From: Treponemataceae bacterium
Lineage (GTDB): Bacteria > Spirochaetota > Spirochaetia > Treponematales > Rectinemataceae
Assembly: GCA_963677895.2 (NCBI GenBank)
Contig: CAXXGJ010000038.1
Span: forward strand, 1-64,000
Direction: 5' to 3'
DNA: 64,000 nt
Shown here: piece by piece, positions 47,885 through 56,805 of the stretch
Layout: each line of letters opens with the position of its first letter
How positions within the stretch are numbered: the stretch's first letter is position 1
Made by a program: the position numbers and the translations under genes
Notes under the pieces: generated by a model
The model's database searches: none
What the model was told of the DNA's origin: nothing
What the model saw: the letters and a program-made list of their open reading frames with translations, nothing else

Positions 47885-48937
47885 CTAGAGCCTCGTTTCC
47901 TTGTAGCAGCCCAGTACCTTGAAGTCTTCTGCCGACCCCGAGACTCTTTTGATTGCCTCAGCGACTTTAGCGTTCCTGCTGGAACCTTCAAAATCGATGA
48001 ATATGGCGTATTTGCCAGGCGTATCCGGTACCGACTCGATTCTTGTCAGGTTGATGGACGCGTCCGCGAAGACCTTGAGCACCGAGAAGAGTGAGCCGGC
48101 CTTGTCGCCAGCCGTGAAGACAGCTGAACATTTATCGCCGTCTTCGGCCGAATCTTCCAGGGCAAGCACGAAGAAACGGGTTCTATTGTTGACGGAATCC
48201 TGTATGTCTTCCTTGATGATCTCGAGGCCGTAGAGGTCGGCGCAGAACTTGCTTGCTATCGCGGCCACGCCTTTGGGTCTCGTCTCGGCTATCGCCTTCG
48301 CGGCCCCGGCCGTGTCGTAGTACTGGATCGGTTCGAGGTTGTTGCGAGCGATGAAATTCCTGCACTGGGCGAGAGCCTGGGAGTGCGACCACACGTGGCG
48401 GAGCTCTCTGTGGTCGGCGCCGGGAATGCAGAGGAGGCTGTGCTTTACGGGCATATCGATGGCGGCGATGATCTTGAGATTGGTGTAGATGAGGATGGAA
48501 TTTACCGGTCCCACAAGACCGCCTAGGGTATTTTCGACAGGGACTATTCCATAGTCGAAAAGACCCGACGCCACCGATTCGAATACGTCGCTGAATTCCC
48601 TGCAGGGCATCATCGCGCTCTGGGGCATGAGAGCCCTGGCGGCGACCTCGCTGTAGGCGCCGTGTTCTCCCTGGAATCCCAGCGTCTTGAAATTCATCGA
48701 TTGAAGGCGTTTGCTCTCCGACATTATGAATGAATAGATATCGACCGAGAACTTGGGTTCGACGAGACAGTGGCTCGAACGCCGGATCTTGTCGAGAACG
48801 GCGTCCTCGCGCGATTTGTCCACGATGCCGGTCTTGAATTTCTTGGTGAGCATCGCCTTTTCCATTCTTTCATTGAGCAGGGAAAGGATTTTCGCATCGA
48901 TCTTGTCGATGTCGAGACGCAGATCGTCTAGTGTCAT
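47885..48937 (-). CDS. pheA: Chorismate mutase / prephenate dehydratase (P-protein)
   Basis: LRLDIDKID...LLNERM...DKSRE chorismate mutase domain; QGEHGAYSE, PVEN, SH.QALAQC, NRTRF; ACT domain NLTRIES.P. Confidence 0.94.
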   Translation of the reverse strand: MTLDDLRLDIDKIDAKILSLLNERMEKAMLTKKFKTGIVDKSREDAVLDKIRRSSHCLVEPKFSVDIYSFIMSESKRLQSMNFKTLGFQGEHGAYSEVAARALMPQSAMMPCREFSDVFESVASGLFDYGIVPVENTLGGLVGPVNSILIYTNLKIIAAIDMPVKHSLLCIPGADHRELRHVWSHSQALAQCRNFIARNNLEPIQYYDTAGAAKAIAETRPKGVAAIASKFCADLYGLEIIKEDIQDSVNNRTRFFVLALEDSAEDGDKCSAVFTAGDKAGSLFSVLKVFADASINLTRIESVPDTPGKYAIFIDFEGSSRNAKVAEAIKRVSGSAEDFKVLGCYKETRL

Positions 48938-49947
48938 ATATTCCTCCGGTCTTTTTCGCTTATTCTGGGGGCGCTGGCGGCCGCGGCCAGGGAGAGATCG
49001 GCCAGGGCAATGGCGATGGCCGCTTCGATGACAACGGCACTCCGCAGCGCGATGCAAGCGTCGTGACGGCCTTCGACGACGAGTTCCGTCATGCGGCCCT
49101 GTTCGAAGTCGAACGTCTTCTGCGGCGCTGCTATCGAGGAAGTGGGCTTTACGGCCGCTCGCACTACCAGCTCATTGCCGTTGGTTATGCCGCCGTTAAT
49201 GCCTCCCGATCCATTTCTGAGCGTCGTGCCATTCGCGTCGACAAAGGGATCATTGTGCGCGCTTCCACGCATGGCCGCGGCGGCGAATCCGTCGCCGAAT
49301 TCCACGCCGCGGATGCCGGGCACCGCGAATATCGCGTGTGCTATGAGGCTTTCGCAGGCATCGAAAAAGGGCTCGCCAAGGCCTACCGGCAGACCGGAGA
49401 CCCTGGTTTCGACGACGGCTCCGACGGAGTCGTCCTGCGAGGCGGCCTCCGCGACGCAGGATTCAATGTCTTGCCTGCCTCCGGCTGAGAGGATTTTTGT
49501 TGTGAAGACGGCAGTACCCAGGACTTTCTTGGCTATGACGCCCGCCGCCACGAGGCCCGCGGTGATGCGGCCGGAAAAATGTCCGGAGCCGCGGGGGTCG
49601 GCAAATCCTCCATACTTGTGCCGGGAGGTGAAATCGGCGTGACCTGGCCTCGGAACGGCCTCGAAAAGTTCGTAATCCTTTGAGCGCGTATCCTCGTTGG
49701 GAAAGGAAAGGCAGATAGGCGAACCTGAACTATGGCCTTCGTAGATGCCGGAGAGAATGCGGGGGACGTCCTGTTCCCTTCTCGGCGTGGTGCCCGCGAG
49801 TCCCGAGCGCCGTCGGGATAAATCAGCCTCGAAATCCTCCTCGGAGAGCGAAATCCCGGCTGGGCAGCCGTCAATTATGGCGCCTATTTCCCTGCCGTGC
49901 GATTCCCCGAAAAGCTCGACCCTGAAAATTCTTCCGAATCTATTCAT
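48934..49947 (-). CDS. aroC: Chorismate synthase
   Basis: GESHG, RPGHAD, SGR.TA, GGINGGITNG, KPTSSI, GRHDAC. Confidence 0.96.
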   Translation of the reverse strand: MNRFGRIFRVELFGESHGREIGAIIDGCPAGISLSEEDFEADLSRRRSGLAGTTPRREQDVPRILSGIYEGHSSGSPICLSFPNEDTRSKDYELFEAVPRPGHADFTSRHKYGGFADPRGSGHFSGRITAGLVAAGVIAKKVLGTAVFTTKILSAGGRQDIESCVAEAASQDDSVGAVVETRVSGLPVGLGEPFFDACESLIAHAIFAVPGIRGVEFGDGFAAAAMRGSAHNDPFVDANGTTLRNGSGGINGGITNGNELVVRAAVKPTSSIAAPQKTFDFEQGRMTELVVEGRHDACIALRSAVVIEAAIAIALADLSLAAAASAPRISEKDRRNI

Positions 49948-51086
49948 GGCGTCACCTCGTCCAGAAAAGCCTTGAGTTCATCGATTTCAATTTTTTCTAC
50001 CTTGACGACACCGATATCCTGAGGGATTACGAGGTTCATGTAGCCGCCCTCCCGCTTTTTGTCCATAAAAAGCGCGTCCGCCACGCTTCCCCAATAATCT
50101 TTTCTCGCGTTCGGTCTCGAACCGGCGGGGACGATTCTTCCCGCTTCGAAGGCGAGAGCTCCCGGATCGACGGGAAGTCCATAGCCGCCGAGGAGGTTCA
50201 GGATGCGCCGCGCGACAACAGGTTTCATTTCGTTCCGCTTTAATGAAAAAAAACAGGCGAGGGCGATGCCGATCGATACCGCGTAACCGTGCGGGAGGCC
50301 TGATACGAGCTCTACGGCATGGCCGAAGGTGTGTCCGAGGTTCAGTATCCTGCGTTCCCCCGATTCCTTCGGGTCTCTTTCGACGATGGAAAGCTTGACA
50401 CGTTGGGACTCGGAAACCATATGCAGGAGCAGGGAAGATGGACAAGCGGCATGATCGAAGCATGGGGAACCGACTCCGTCGTCCCCCATCTTGGCGCTGG
50501 TTCCCTCTTTCTTGGGGGGAAGAGCTTTTTCGAGGAAGGAAAAGTAATTTTCTCCGTCTATGATGGCGTGCTTTATCACTTCCGCCATGCCCGAAGCGAA
50601 CTGTTGCGCGTCGAGCGTTCTCAGCGTTTCTATATCGCAGAAAATGGCGTTGGGGAGTTGGAAGGATCCCACGACATTCTTGTAGCCCTTGAAGTCCAGG
50701 CCATTCTTTCCGCCAAGAGCCGCGTCGGTCATGGCCAGAAGGGTGGTGGGAACGACGGAGAATCCTATTCCGCGCATCCAAGTGTGGGCGAGGAATCCCG
50801 CGATATCGCTCACGCTGCCCCCACCGATCGCGAGGATGTTCCAGTTCCGATCCACCTCAAGGTCGGCGCAGTATCCGTAAAGCTCCAAAAGCGTTTCCCA
50901 GGATTTCGCGGCTTCGCCTTCGGGAATGAGGGCAAAGCGACAATCCGGGAAGGACGATCCGAAAAGGGAATGTATCTTTCGGTCGGTGACGATCAGGGTT
51001 TTTGATTTATCGATGGACAGGCCTATTTGGTCAATGCCGCGGAAAGAGATGGTATCGAGCATCGCTTTTTTTTGGGGTTTGTCCAC
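49944..51086 (-). CDS. aroB: 3-dehydroquinate synthase
   Basis: GE..K, GGG...D..GF, PTTLLAM.DA..GGKNG, NLGHTFGHAVE, DKK. Start codon uncertain (GTG 51086). Confidence 0.93.
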   Translation of the reverse strand: MDKPQKKAMLDTISFRGIDQIGLSIDKSKTLIVTDRKIHSLFGSSFPDCRFALIPEGEAAKSWETLLELYGYCADLEVDRNWNILAIGGGSVSDIAGFLAHTWMRGIGFSVVPTTLLAMTDAALGGKNGLDFKGYKNVVGSFQLPNAIFCDIETLRTLDAQQFASGMAEVIKHAIIDGENYFSFLEKALPPKKEGTSAKMGDDGVGSPCFDHAACPSSLLLHMVSESQRVKLSIVERDPKESGERRILNLGHTFGHAVELVSGLPHGYAVSIGIALACFFSLKRNEMKPVVARRILNLLGGYGLPVDPGALAFEAGRIVPAGSRPNARKDYWGSVADALFMDKKREGGYMNLVIPQDIGVVKVEKIEIDELKAFLDEVTP

Positions 51087-51096
51087 GGGAAATCCT

Positions 51097-52008
51097 TCAG
51101 TCGACCGCGTCGGCGAATATTTTCGCTTCAATACAATCATCGGGCTTGTCGGCGTCGCCTCCGCCGTTCCCGCTTGCCTTGTCGGCAAATTCCGCGTCCA
51201 GGCTGTCCAGGAAGGCTTTTGCCCTATCCAGCTTTCTCATGAGTTTTTCGAACTGCGGAACCGTGAGCTGCTGGTCCTTGTCGCTCAGGGCGCTCTCCGG
51301 ATCGATGTGCACCTCGATCTCCAGTCCGTTGGCGCCGGCCATCAGGGCAGCCAGGCTCATCGGCTCGATCATGGAGAGGATCCCCGTTCCGTGGCTTGGA
51401 TCAACGATGATCGGGAGATGGGTTTCCTTGTGGACGGCGGGCACCATCGATAAATCAAGGGTATTTCTCGTATAGGTTTCGAAGGTCCTTATGCCGCGTT
51501 CGCAGAGAATGACGTTGGGATTGCCTTCGGCGAGAATATATTCGGCGCAGTTGAGCCATTCTTCCAGGGTGGAATACATTCCGCGTTTGAGGAGTATGGG
51601 CTTGCCCGATTTGCCGACCTCCCTCAGGAGGGAAAAATTCTGCATGTTGCGCGCGCCGATCTGGAGGATATCGGCATATTCGCCGACCCAGGACACATCC
51701 CTCGTATCGACGACTTCCGTCACGATCGGCAGGCCTGTCTCTTTTTTTGCCTTGTCCAGTATCTTGAGTCCCTTGAGCCCGAGTCCCTGAAAAGCATAGG
51801 GGGAGGTTCTCGGCTTGAAGGCTCCGCCGCGGAGCATCAGGGCTCCGGCTTTTTTCACGGCGATGGCGGTCTCGATGGTCTGTTTTTCCGTCTCCACCGA
51901 ACAGGGGCCGGCTATGACGACAAAGCCTCTGCCGAATTCGACGCCCTGAACGTTGATGATGCTGCGGCTGAAATCGGGTCGTGCCGCTACGAGCTTGAGA
52001 TTTTTCAT
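51097..52008 (-). CDS. aroF: DAHP synthase, type I-beta
   Basis: [41 protein letters not shown]. Confidence 0.95.
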   Translation of the reverse strand: MKNLKLVAARPDFSRSIINVQGVEFGRGFVVIAGPCSVETEKQTIETAIAVKKAGALMLRGGAFKPRTSPYAFQGLGLKGLKILDKAKKETGLPIVTEVVDTRDVSWVGEYADILQIGARNMQNFSLLREVGKSGKPILLKRGMYSTLEEWLNCAEYILAEGNPNVILCERGIRTFETYTRNTLDLSMVPAVHKETHLPIIVDPSHGTGILSMIEPMSLAALMAGANGLEIEVHIDPESALSDKDQQLTVPQFEKLMRKLDRAKAFLDSLDAEFADKASGNGGGDADKPDDCIEAKIFADAVD

Positions 52009-52080
52009 GAAATAATACTCCGGCGCCTGGATTCATACCGTCCCGGCTATGACTAATGCTCCTCCGAAGAGTAACAACGA

Positions 52081-52109
52081 TCATATCCGCGCGGGATGCT
52101 ATGGTCAAG
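52081..52109 (-). promoter_or_regulatory. sigma70-type promoter of the aroF-aroB-aroC-pheA-tyrA operon
   Basis: Minus strand reads TTGACC-17-TATGAT. Confidence 0.6.
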
Positions 52110-52155
52110 GAAGATCACGCTTTTGTTTCCACGCCTTTTGCATTATCATAAAGCC

Positions 52156-55128
52156 ATGTATTTCAACGAACTTGTGGCCGCCTATGATCAGCAGCGACGG
52201 GAACGCAATATCTACCATGACCTGATGAGATTCAGGGTACGCGAAGTGCTTCTGGTCGGAAGCCTCTACGATTCCTTCGTGGTGGAATCGGATGGGGTCT
52301 TGACTGAGCAGATCTATGGCGAATATTTCAAACTCAACCTTAATACCATCCCGCGGGTGACCTGCGCCTATTCCGATGAATCGGCTCTCGATCAGTTCCG
52401 CGGAGGGAGCTTCGACCTCGTCATCCTCATGGGAGGCATCGATTTCGACGCTCCACTCAAATTGGCTCAGGACATGAAACATATCTGGCCGGATATCCCC
52501 ATCCTTCTCATGGCCACCAATAACTCAAGTCTCGAAAGTCTCGACATGGCCGCTCCGGGCCTGACCGCCATAGACAGGATTTTTGTCTGGAACGGCTACT
52601 CCAAGCTTTTTGTCGGAATGATCAAGTTTGTCGAAGATATGAGGAATGTCCAGGCTGATACGATGTCCGCCAGAGTCAGGGTCATCCTTCTCATAGAAGA
52701 TTCGGTGCGCTACTACTCGCGTTTCCTTCCGGTTTTATACAAGGTGGTGCTGCGTCAGACCCAGAATCTGATCGAAGAAGAGAAAGTGACCGAGACCTAC
52801 AAGCTTCTTTCCATAAGGGCCAGACCGAAGATCCTTCTTGCCTCGAGCTACGAGGAAGCGCTGGAAATATTCAATACCTATGAAGCCAATCTCCTAACGG
52901 TCATCACTGACGTTCGTTTCCCGAGAAACGGCAAATGCGACGAAGAAGCCGGTTTCGCTTTCCTCAAAATGGCCAAGAAGCGGATTCCCGACCTACCCGT
53001 TCTCGTTCAGTCCAGCGAGCAAAGAATTAGAGAGAAGGCCAATTCCATGGGGGCCGCCTTTACCGACAAGAATTCCGAATCCCTCGAAATGGAACTCGCT
53101 ACCTTCCTCCAGCAGAATCTCGGTTTTGGCGTCTTCCGTTTCTGCATGCCCGACGGAACCGAGCTGAGACAAGCCAGGAACATGAAGGAGTTCATCGAGA
53201 TTCTCCATGTCCTTCCGCCGGAAAGTCTGGCTTATCACGCCGAGAGAAACCACTTTTCCGCCTGGCTGATGGCGCGAGGCGAGATACAGATGTCCAAGGT
53301 TTTAAGGCCTTACCGGCTGGATGATTTCCCCAACATCATGGCGATGCGCGATTTCATTGTGGAAATTCTCGATACGGTAAAGAAGGAGAAATCGAGAGGC
53401 ATCATCGCGAATTTCGACGAAAGCATGATGATTGAGGAAAACTATGTCAGCCGTCTTGTCGATGGATCAGTGGGAGGGAAGGGGCGCGGCATCGTTTTCA
53501 TTCACTCCTTGCTTGAAAATCTCGATTTTTCCCACTACATCGATGGTCTTGACATAAAGATTCCGCGTACCGCTTTTATCGGAATAGACGAATTCGAGAC
53601 CTTTCTTGAATCGCACAACCTTTGGTCCTCGGCTTTCTACGGCCCTTATTCCAGGGAGCTAAAGAACACGTTTCTTTCGATCCCGCTGTCGCGATCCCTC
53701 GTGTCGAAACTCCGTATTTTTCTTGGCTCGACAGACAAGCCTTTGGCGGTAAGGTCATCGGGACTTTTCGAAGACATGCTCATGGTCCCGTTTTCCGGAA
53801 TTTACGACACCTATATAATTCCCAACAACCACCCGGATATCGAAGTGCGCCTGACGCAGCTCTGCGATGCCATAAGGCTTATCTACGCGAGCCTTTTTTC
53901 GATGGAAGCGAGGTCGTATTTTGAAGTTGCGCGATACAATCTCGAAGAAGAACGTATGGCGGTTGTCATACAGGAACTCGTCGGTTCGATGCACGGGAAT
54001 TATTACTATCCGGAAATCTCGGGTGTTGCGCAGTCATATAACTATTATCCCATTTCATACACGAAACCCGAGGACGGCCTCTGCGTTTCAGGGCTTGGCC
54101 TCGGCACATGGGTAGTGGGAGGCGGTGCCGCGCATCGTTTTTGCCCTAAATATCCGAAACTGGACGTGCTGTCTCCGGATCAAGCCCTTGAGAACACTCA
54201 GAGGAGTTTTCACGCTCTCGACATGAGCCGCTCGACGCCGAACCTCTATTCGGGCGAGATGGCGAGCCTGTCGGAACTGCCCATTTCGCAGGCCGCCGGC
54301 AGCAAGAGATTCCCGCTCGTCGTCTCGACATGGGATGCCGAAGATTTGCGTTTCGTTCCGGGCGACTCCGGCAGAGGACCCAAAGTCATCGATCTCGCGA
54401 ACATTCTCAAGCATGACGCGCTGCCCTTCGCCAATGCAATTTCGATGATCCTGGATGTGGGCACGCGCTCCATGGGAACGCCAGTGGAGATAGAATACGC
54501 GCTCAATCTGGAAGAGGAGACCGGTACTCCTGCCCTCTATATTCTCCAGCTGAAGCCGCTCATCCACAGACAGGAAAAAGTGGATATTAACCTTGCTGCA
54601 GTGGATCGGAAAGAATGCTTCATCTATTCCAACAAGACCATGGGCAATGGAAGGGAACTTGGAATCAGCGACATCGTATGGGTGGACCCGGAATCCTTCG
54701 ACCGTTCAAAGACGCTGGAAATGGCCGCGGAAATAGAGGAACTGGACACACAGCTCAAGAAGCTGGGCAGACGATACATTCTGGTGGGGCCGGGAAGATG
54801 GGGTTCGAGGGATCGTTGGTTGGGAATTCCCGTATCGTTTTCGCAAATTTCCAGGGCAAAGATCATTGTCGAAGCCGATCTTCCCGATTTCGTCATCGAT
54901 TCTTCCCTAGGCTCGCATTTTTTCCACAACCTTACGAGCATGAGCATTGGCTATATAAAGATTTCGCGCGATGAAGGGGATTTTATAGACTGGAATTGGC
55001 TTAAATCGATGCCGACCGCGCAGTCTTCCGCTCATTGCCGGTGGACGAGCCTCGAAGTCCCCATTGAAGTAGCCATGGACGGCAGGTCGAGCAAGGCTTT
55101 TATACTGAAGCCCCTTCCTCCACATTGA
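52156..55128 (+). CDS. Receiver-domain-containing PEP synthase/PPDK nucleotide-binding (ATP-grasp) domain protein
   Basis: Receiver-like units (FDLVIL...PDIPILL; ILLIED...ITDVRFP...LPVLVQS). ATP-grasp motifs GGKGRG, AVRSS..ED...FSGIY, MAVVIQ, GLG, IEYA, LQLKP. C-terminal GPGRWGS and GSHFFHN. Confidence 0.85.
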   Translation: MYFNELVAAYDQQRRERNIYHDLMRFRVREVLLVGSLYDSFVVESDGVLTEQIYGEYFKLNLNTIPRVTCAYSDESALDQFRGGSFDLVILMGGIDFDAPLKLAQDMKHIWPDIPILLMATNNSSLESLDMAAPGLTAIDRIFVWNGYSKLFVGMIKFVEDMRNVQADTMSARVRVILLIEDSVRYYSRFLPVLYKVVLRQTQNLIEEEKVTETYKLLSIRARPKILLASSYEEALEIFNTYEANLLTVITDVRFPRNGKCDEEAGFAFLKMAKKRIPDLPVLVQSSEQRIREKANSMGAAFTDKNSESLEMELATFLQQNLGFGVFRFCMPDGTELRQARNMKEFIEILHVLPPESLAYHAERNHFSAWLMARGEIQMSKVLRPYRLDDFPNIMAMRDFIVEILDTVKKEKSRGIIANFDESMMIEENYVSRLVDGSVGGKGRGIVFIHSLLENLDFSHYIDGLDIKIPRTAFIGIDEFETFLESHNLWSSAFYGPYSRELKNTFLSIPLSRSLVSKLRIFLGSTDKPLAVRSSGLFEDMLMVPFSGIYDTYIIPNNHPDIEVRLTQLCDAIRLIYASLFSMEARSYFEVARYNLEEERMAVVIQELVGSMHGNYYYPEISGVAQSYNYYPISYTKPEDGLCVSGLGLGTWVVGGGAAHRFCPKYPKLDVLSPDQALENTQRSFHALDMSRSTPNLYSGEMASLSELPISQAAGSKRFPLVVSTWDAEDLRFVPGDSGRGPKVIDLANILKHDALPFANAISMILDVGTRSMGTPVEIEYALNLEEETGTPALYILQLKPLIHRQEKVDINLAAVDRKECFIYSNKTMGNGRELGISDIVWVDPESFDRSKTLEMAAEIEELDTQLKKLGRRYILVGPGRWGSRDRWLGIPVSFSQISRAKIIVEADLPDFVIDSSLGSHFFHNLTSMSIGYIKISRDEGDFIDWNWLKSMPTAQSSAHCRWTSLEVPIEVAMDGRSSKAFILKPLPPH

Positions 55129-55229
55129 CGGTTAGGGCGGTTTTGAGCAATACTGACGCACAATAGGCACAATCGTTATCCTCGTATGACCTACGATGTA
55201 CCCTAATCTCCTAGCATGGAGCTGACTAA

Positions 55230-56795
55230 ATGGATGCTGTAAGCGTTGCTAAAACCCTTCATCCCCTGGAAGTACGGATACTCCTTAAATACGAAAGCGG
55301 AAGCGAGATCGACGCGGCAAAAGTGCGCAGCGATCTAGGCTATCGCGAAGGCCAGGAAAACCAGGCCTTTTCGTGGTTGTCCGGCAAAGGGCTCATTGAA
55401 GAGACGGCAAGAACCGTATCGGTATTTTATGAGATCACGCCGCTCGGCGCTGAATATGCCGAGAAAGGCACGCCCGAAGAAAGAATATTCGGCTTTCTGG
55501 ACAGCTCAGGCCCGGCACGATTGCCCGAATTGGCGGAAAAGCTCGGTCTGGAACAGAAAAACATAGGATCCGCATTCGGCCTTCTTTCCAAAGAAGGCGT
55601 TCTCCGCATGGATGAGGAAAAGAGGGCGTCCCGAATAGAGGGGGCGGTTCTTCCCGGCCGTGTCGTCAGATTGAGCGAGCTTCTCAGGAACGCGGCGGCA
55701 AAGGGCGGCATCCTCGAGGAAAGCCAGCTGGACGCCGACGCGCTGACCATAATCCAGTCAGTGGCGAAAAAGAGAGGCGCGGGCGATGCCCCGTTCAGAA
55801 GCGGCGAGCGCGAACGGGTGGTCTATCGCCTTGCCGAGGCGGCCCGGAACGTAAAAGAAGCGCTGATCGCGCTGGGAATGACGGGTGAGGAGCTGGGAGC
55901 CCTGACTCCGGCCATGCTTGAGAATGGCAGCTGGAAAAGCGGCAGCTTCAGACCTTACAATATCGGCGTCAATCCAGCCCGAACGATTCCTGGAAGGAAG
56001 AATCCCTACGTCGAATTCCTGGAGAGCGTAAAGGACAAGCTCGTCTCCCTGGGCTTTGAGGAATTCGACGGCAATATGGTCGAAACGGAATTCTGGAATT
56101 CCGACGCGCTTTTCATGCCGCAGTTCCATTCGGCGCGGGATATTCACGATGTCTACCATATAGATGACCCCAAGTCGGCCAAATTCATAGAAGAGCCCTA
56201 TCTCTCCAATATCGCGGCCGTGCATGAAAACGGCGGAAATACTGGGAGCCGCGGCTGGAACTATAATTTTGACCGCGACTTCACGAAACGGCTCCTCCTG
56301 CGAAGCCAGGGAACGGTGCTTTCGGCGAGACAGCTGCCGAAAGCCAAGGTCCCGGGTAAATATTTCGGCATAGCGCGATGTTTCCGCTACGACAAGGTCG
56401 ACGCTACCCATCTCTCGGATTTCTATCAGACGGAAGGGATCGTTCTCGGCGAGGAGGTGAATCTCCGGACACTTCTTGGATTCCTGGAAATGTTCGCCGT
56501 GGAGGTAGCAGGCGCCAAGGAAGTAAAATACGTTCCCGGCTATTTCCCCTTCACGGAACCCTCTGTCGAAGTGCATATCAAGCATCCGGTTCTCGGCTGG
56601 TTCGAACTCGGCGGCTCCGGGATTTTCAGGCCGGAAGTGACGAAATCGCTCGGCATCGATGTACCGGTCCTCGCCTGGGGCATCGGCATCGACAGAATGG
56701 CGCTCATGGCTCTCGGACTGAACGATCTCAGGGAGCTGTTCAGCCCCGACCTCGAAAGCGTACGCATGCGCCGAGCAATGAACAAAACACGCTGA
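55230..56795 (+). CDS. pheS: Phenylalanine--tRNA ligase alpha subunit (archaeal/eukaryal type)
   Basis: 521 aa with N-terminal winged-helix region; FWN.DALF.PQ.H.ARD, FR...DATH...F.Q.EG, YFPFTEPS, WG.G.DR. Confidence 0.97.
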   Translation: MDAVSVAKTLHPLEVRILLKYESGSEIDAAKVRSDLGYREGQENQAFSWLSGKGLIEETARTVSVFYEITPLGAEYAEKGTPEERIFGFLDSSGPARLPELAEKLGLEQKNIGSAFGLLSKEGVLRMDEEKRASRIEGAVLPGRVVRLSELLRNAAAKGGILEESQLDADALTIIQSVAKKRGAGDAPFRSGERERVVYRLAEAARNVKEALIALGMTGEELGALTPAMLENGSWKSGSFRPYNIGVNPARTIPGRKNPYVEFLESVKDKLVSLGFEEFDGNMVETEFWNSDALFMPQFHSARDIHDVYHIDDPKSAKFIEEPYLSNIAAVHENGGNTGSRGWNYNFDRDFTKRLLLRSQGTVLSARQLPKAKVPGKYFGIARCFRYDKVDATHLSDFYQTEGIVLGEEVNLRTLLGFLEMFAVEVAGAKEVKYVPGYFPFTEPSVEVHIKHPVLGWFELGGSGIFRPEVTKSLGIDVPVLAWGIGIDRMALMALGLNDLRELFSPDLESVRMRRAMNKTR

Positions 56796-56805
56796 GGGAG
56801 ATGTT

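Noticed and set aside
55129..55229. T-box or attenuator upstream of pheS
   Set aside because: The gap is only about 100 nt, with no T-box consensus, Phe-rich leader peptide or terminator.
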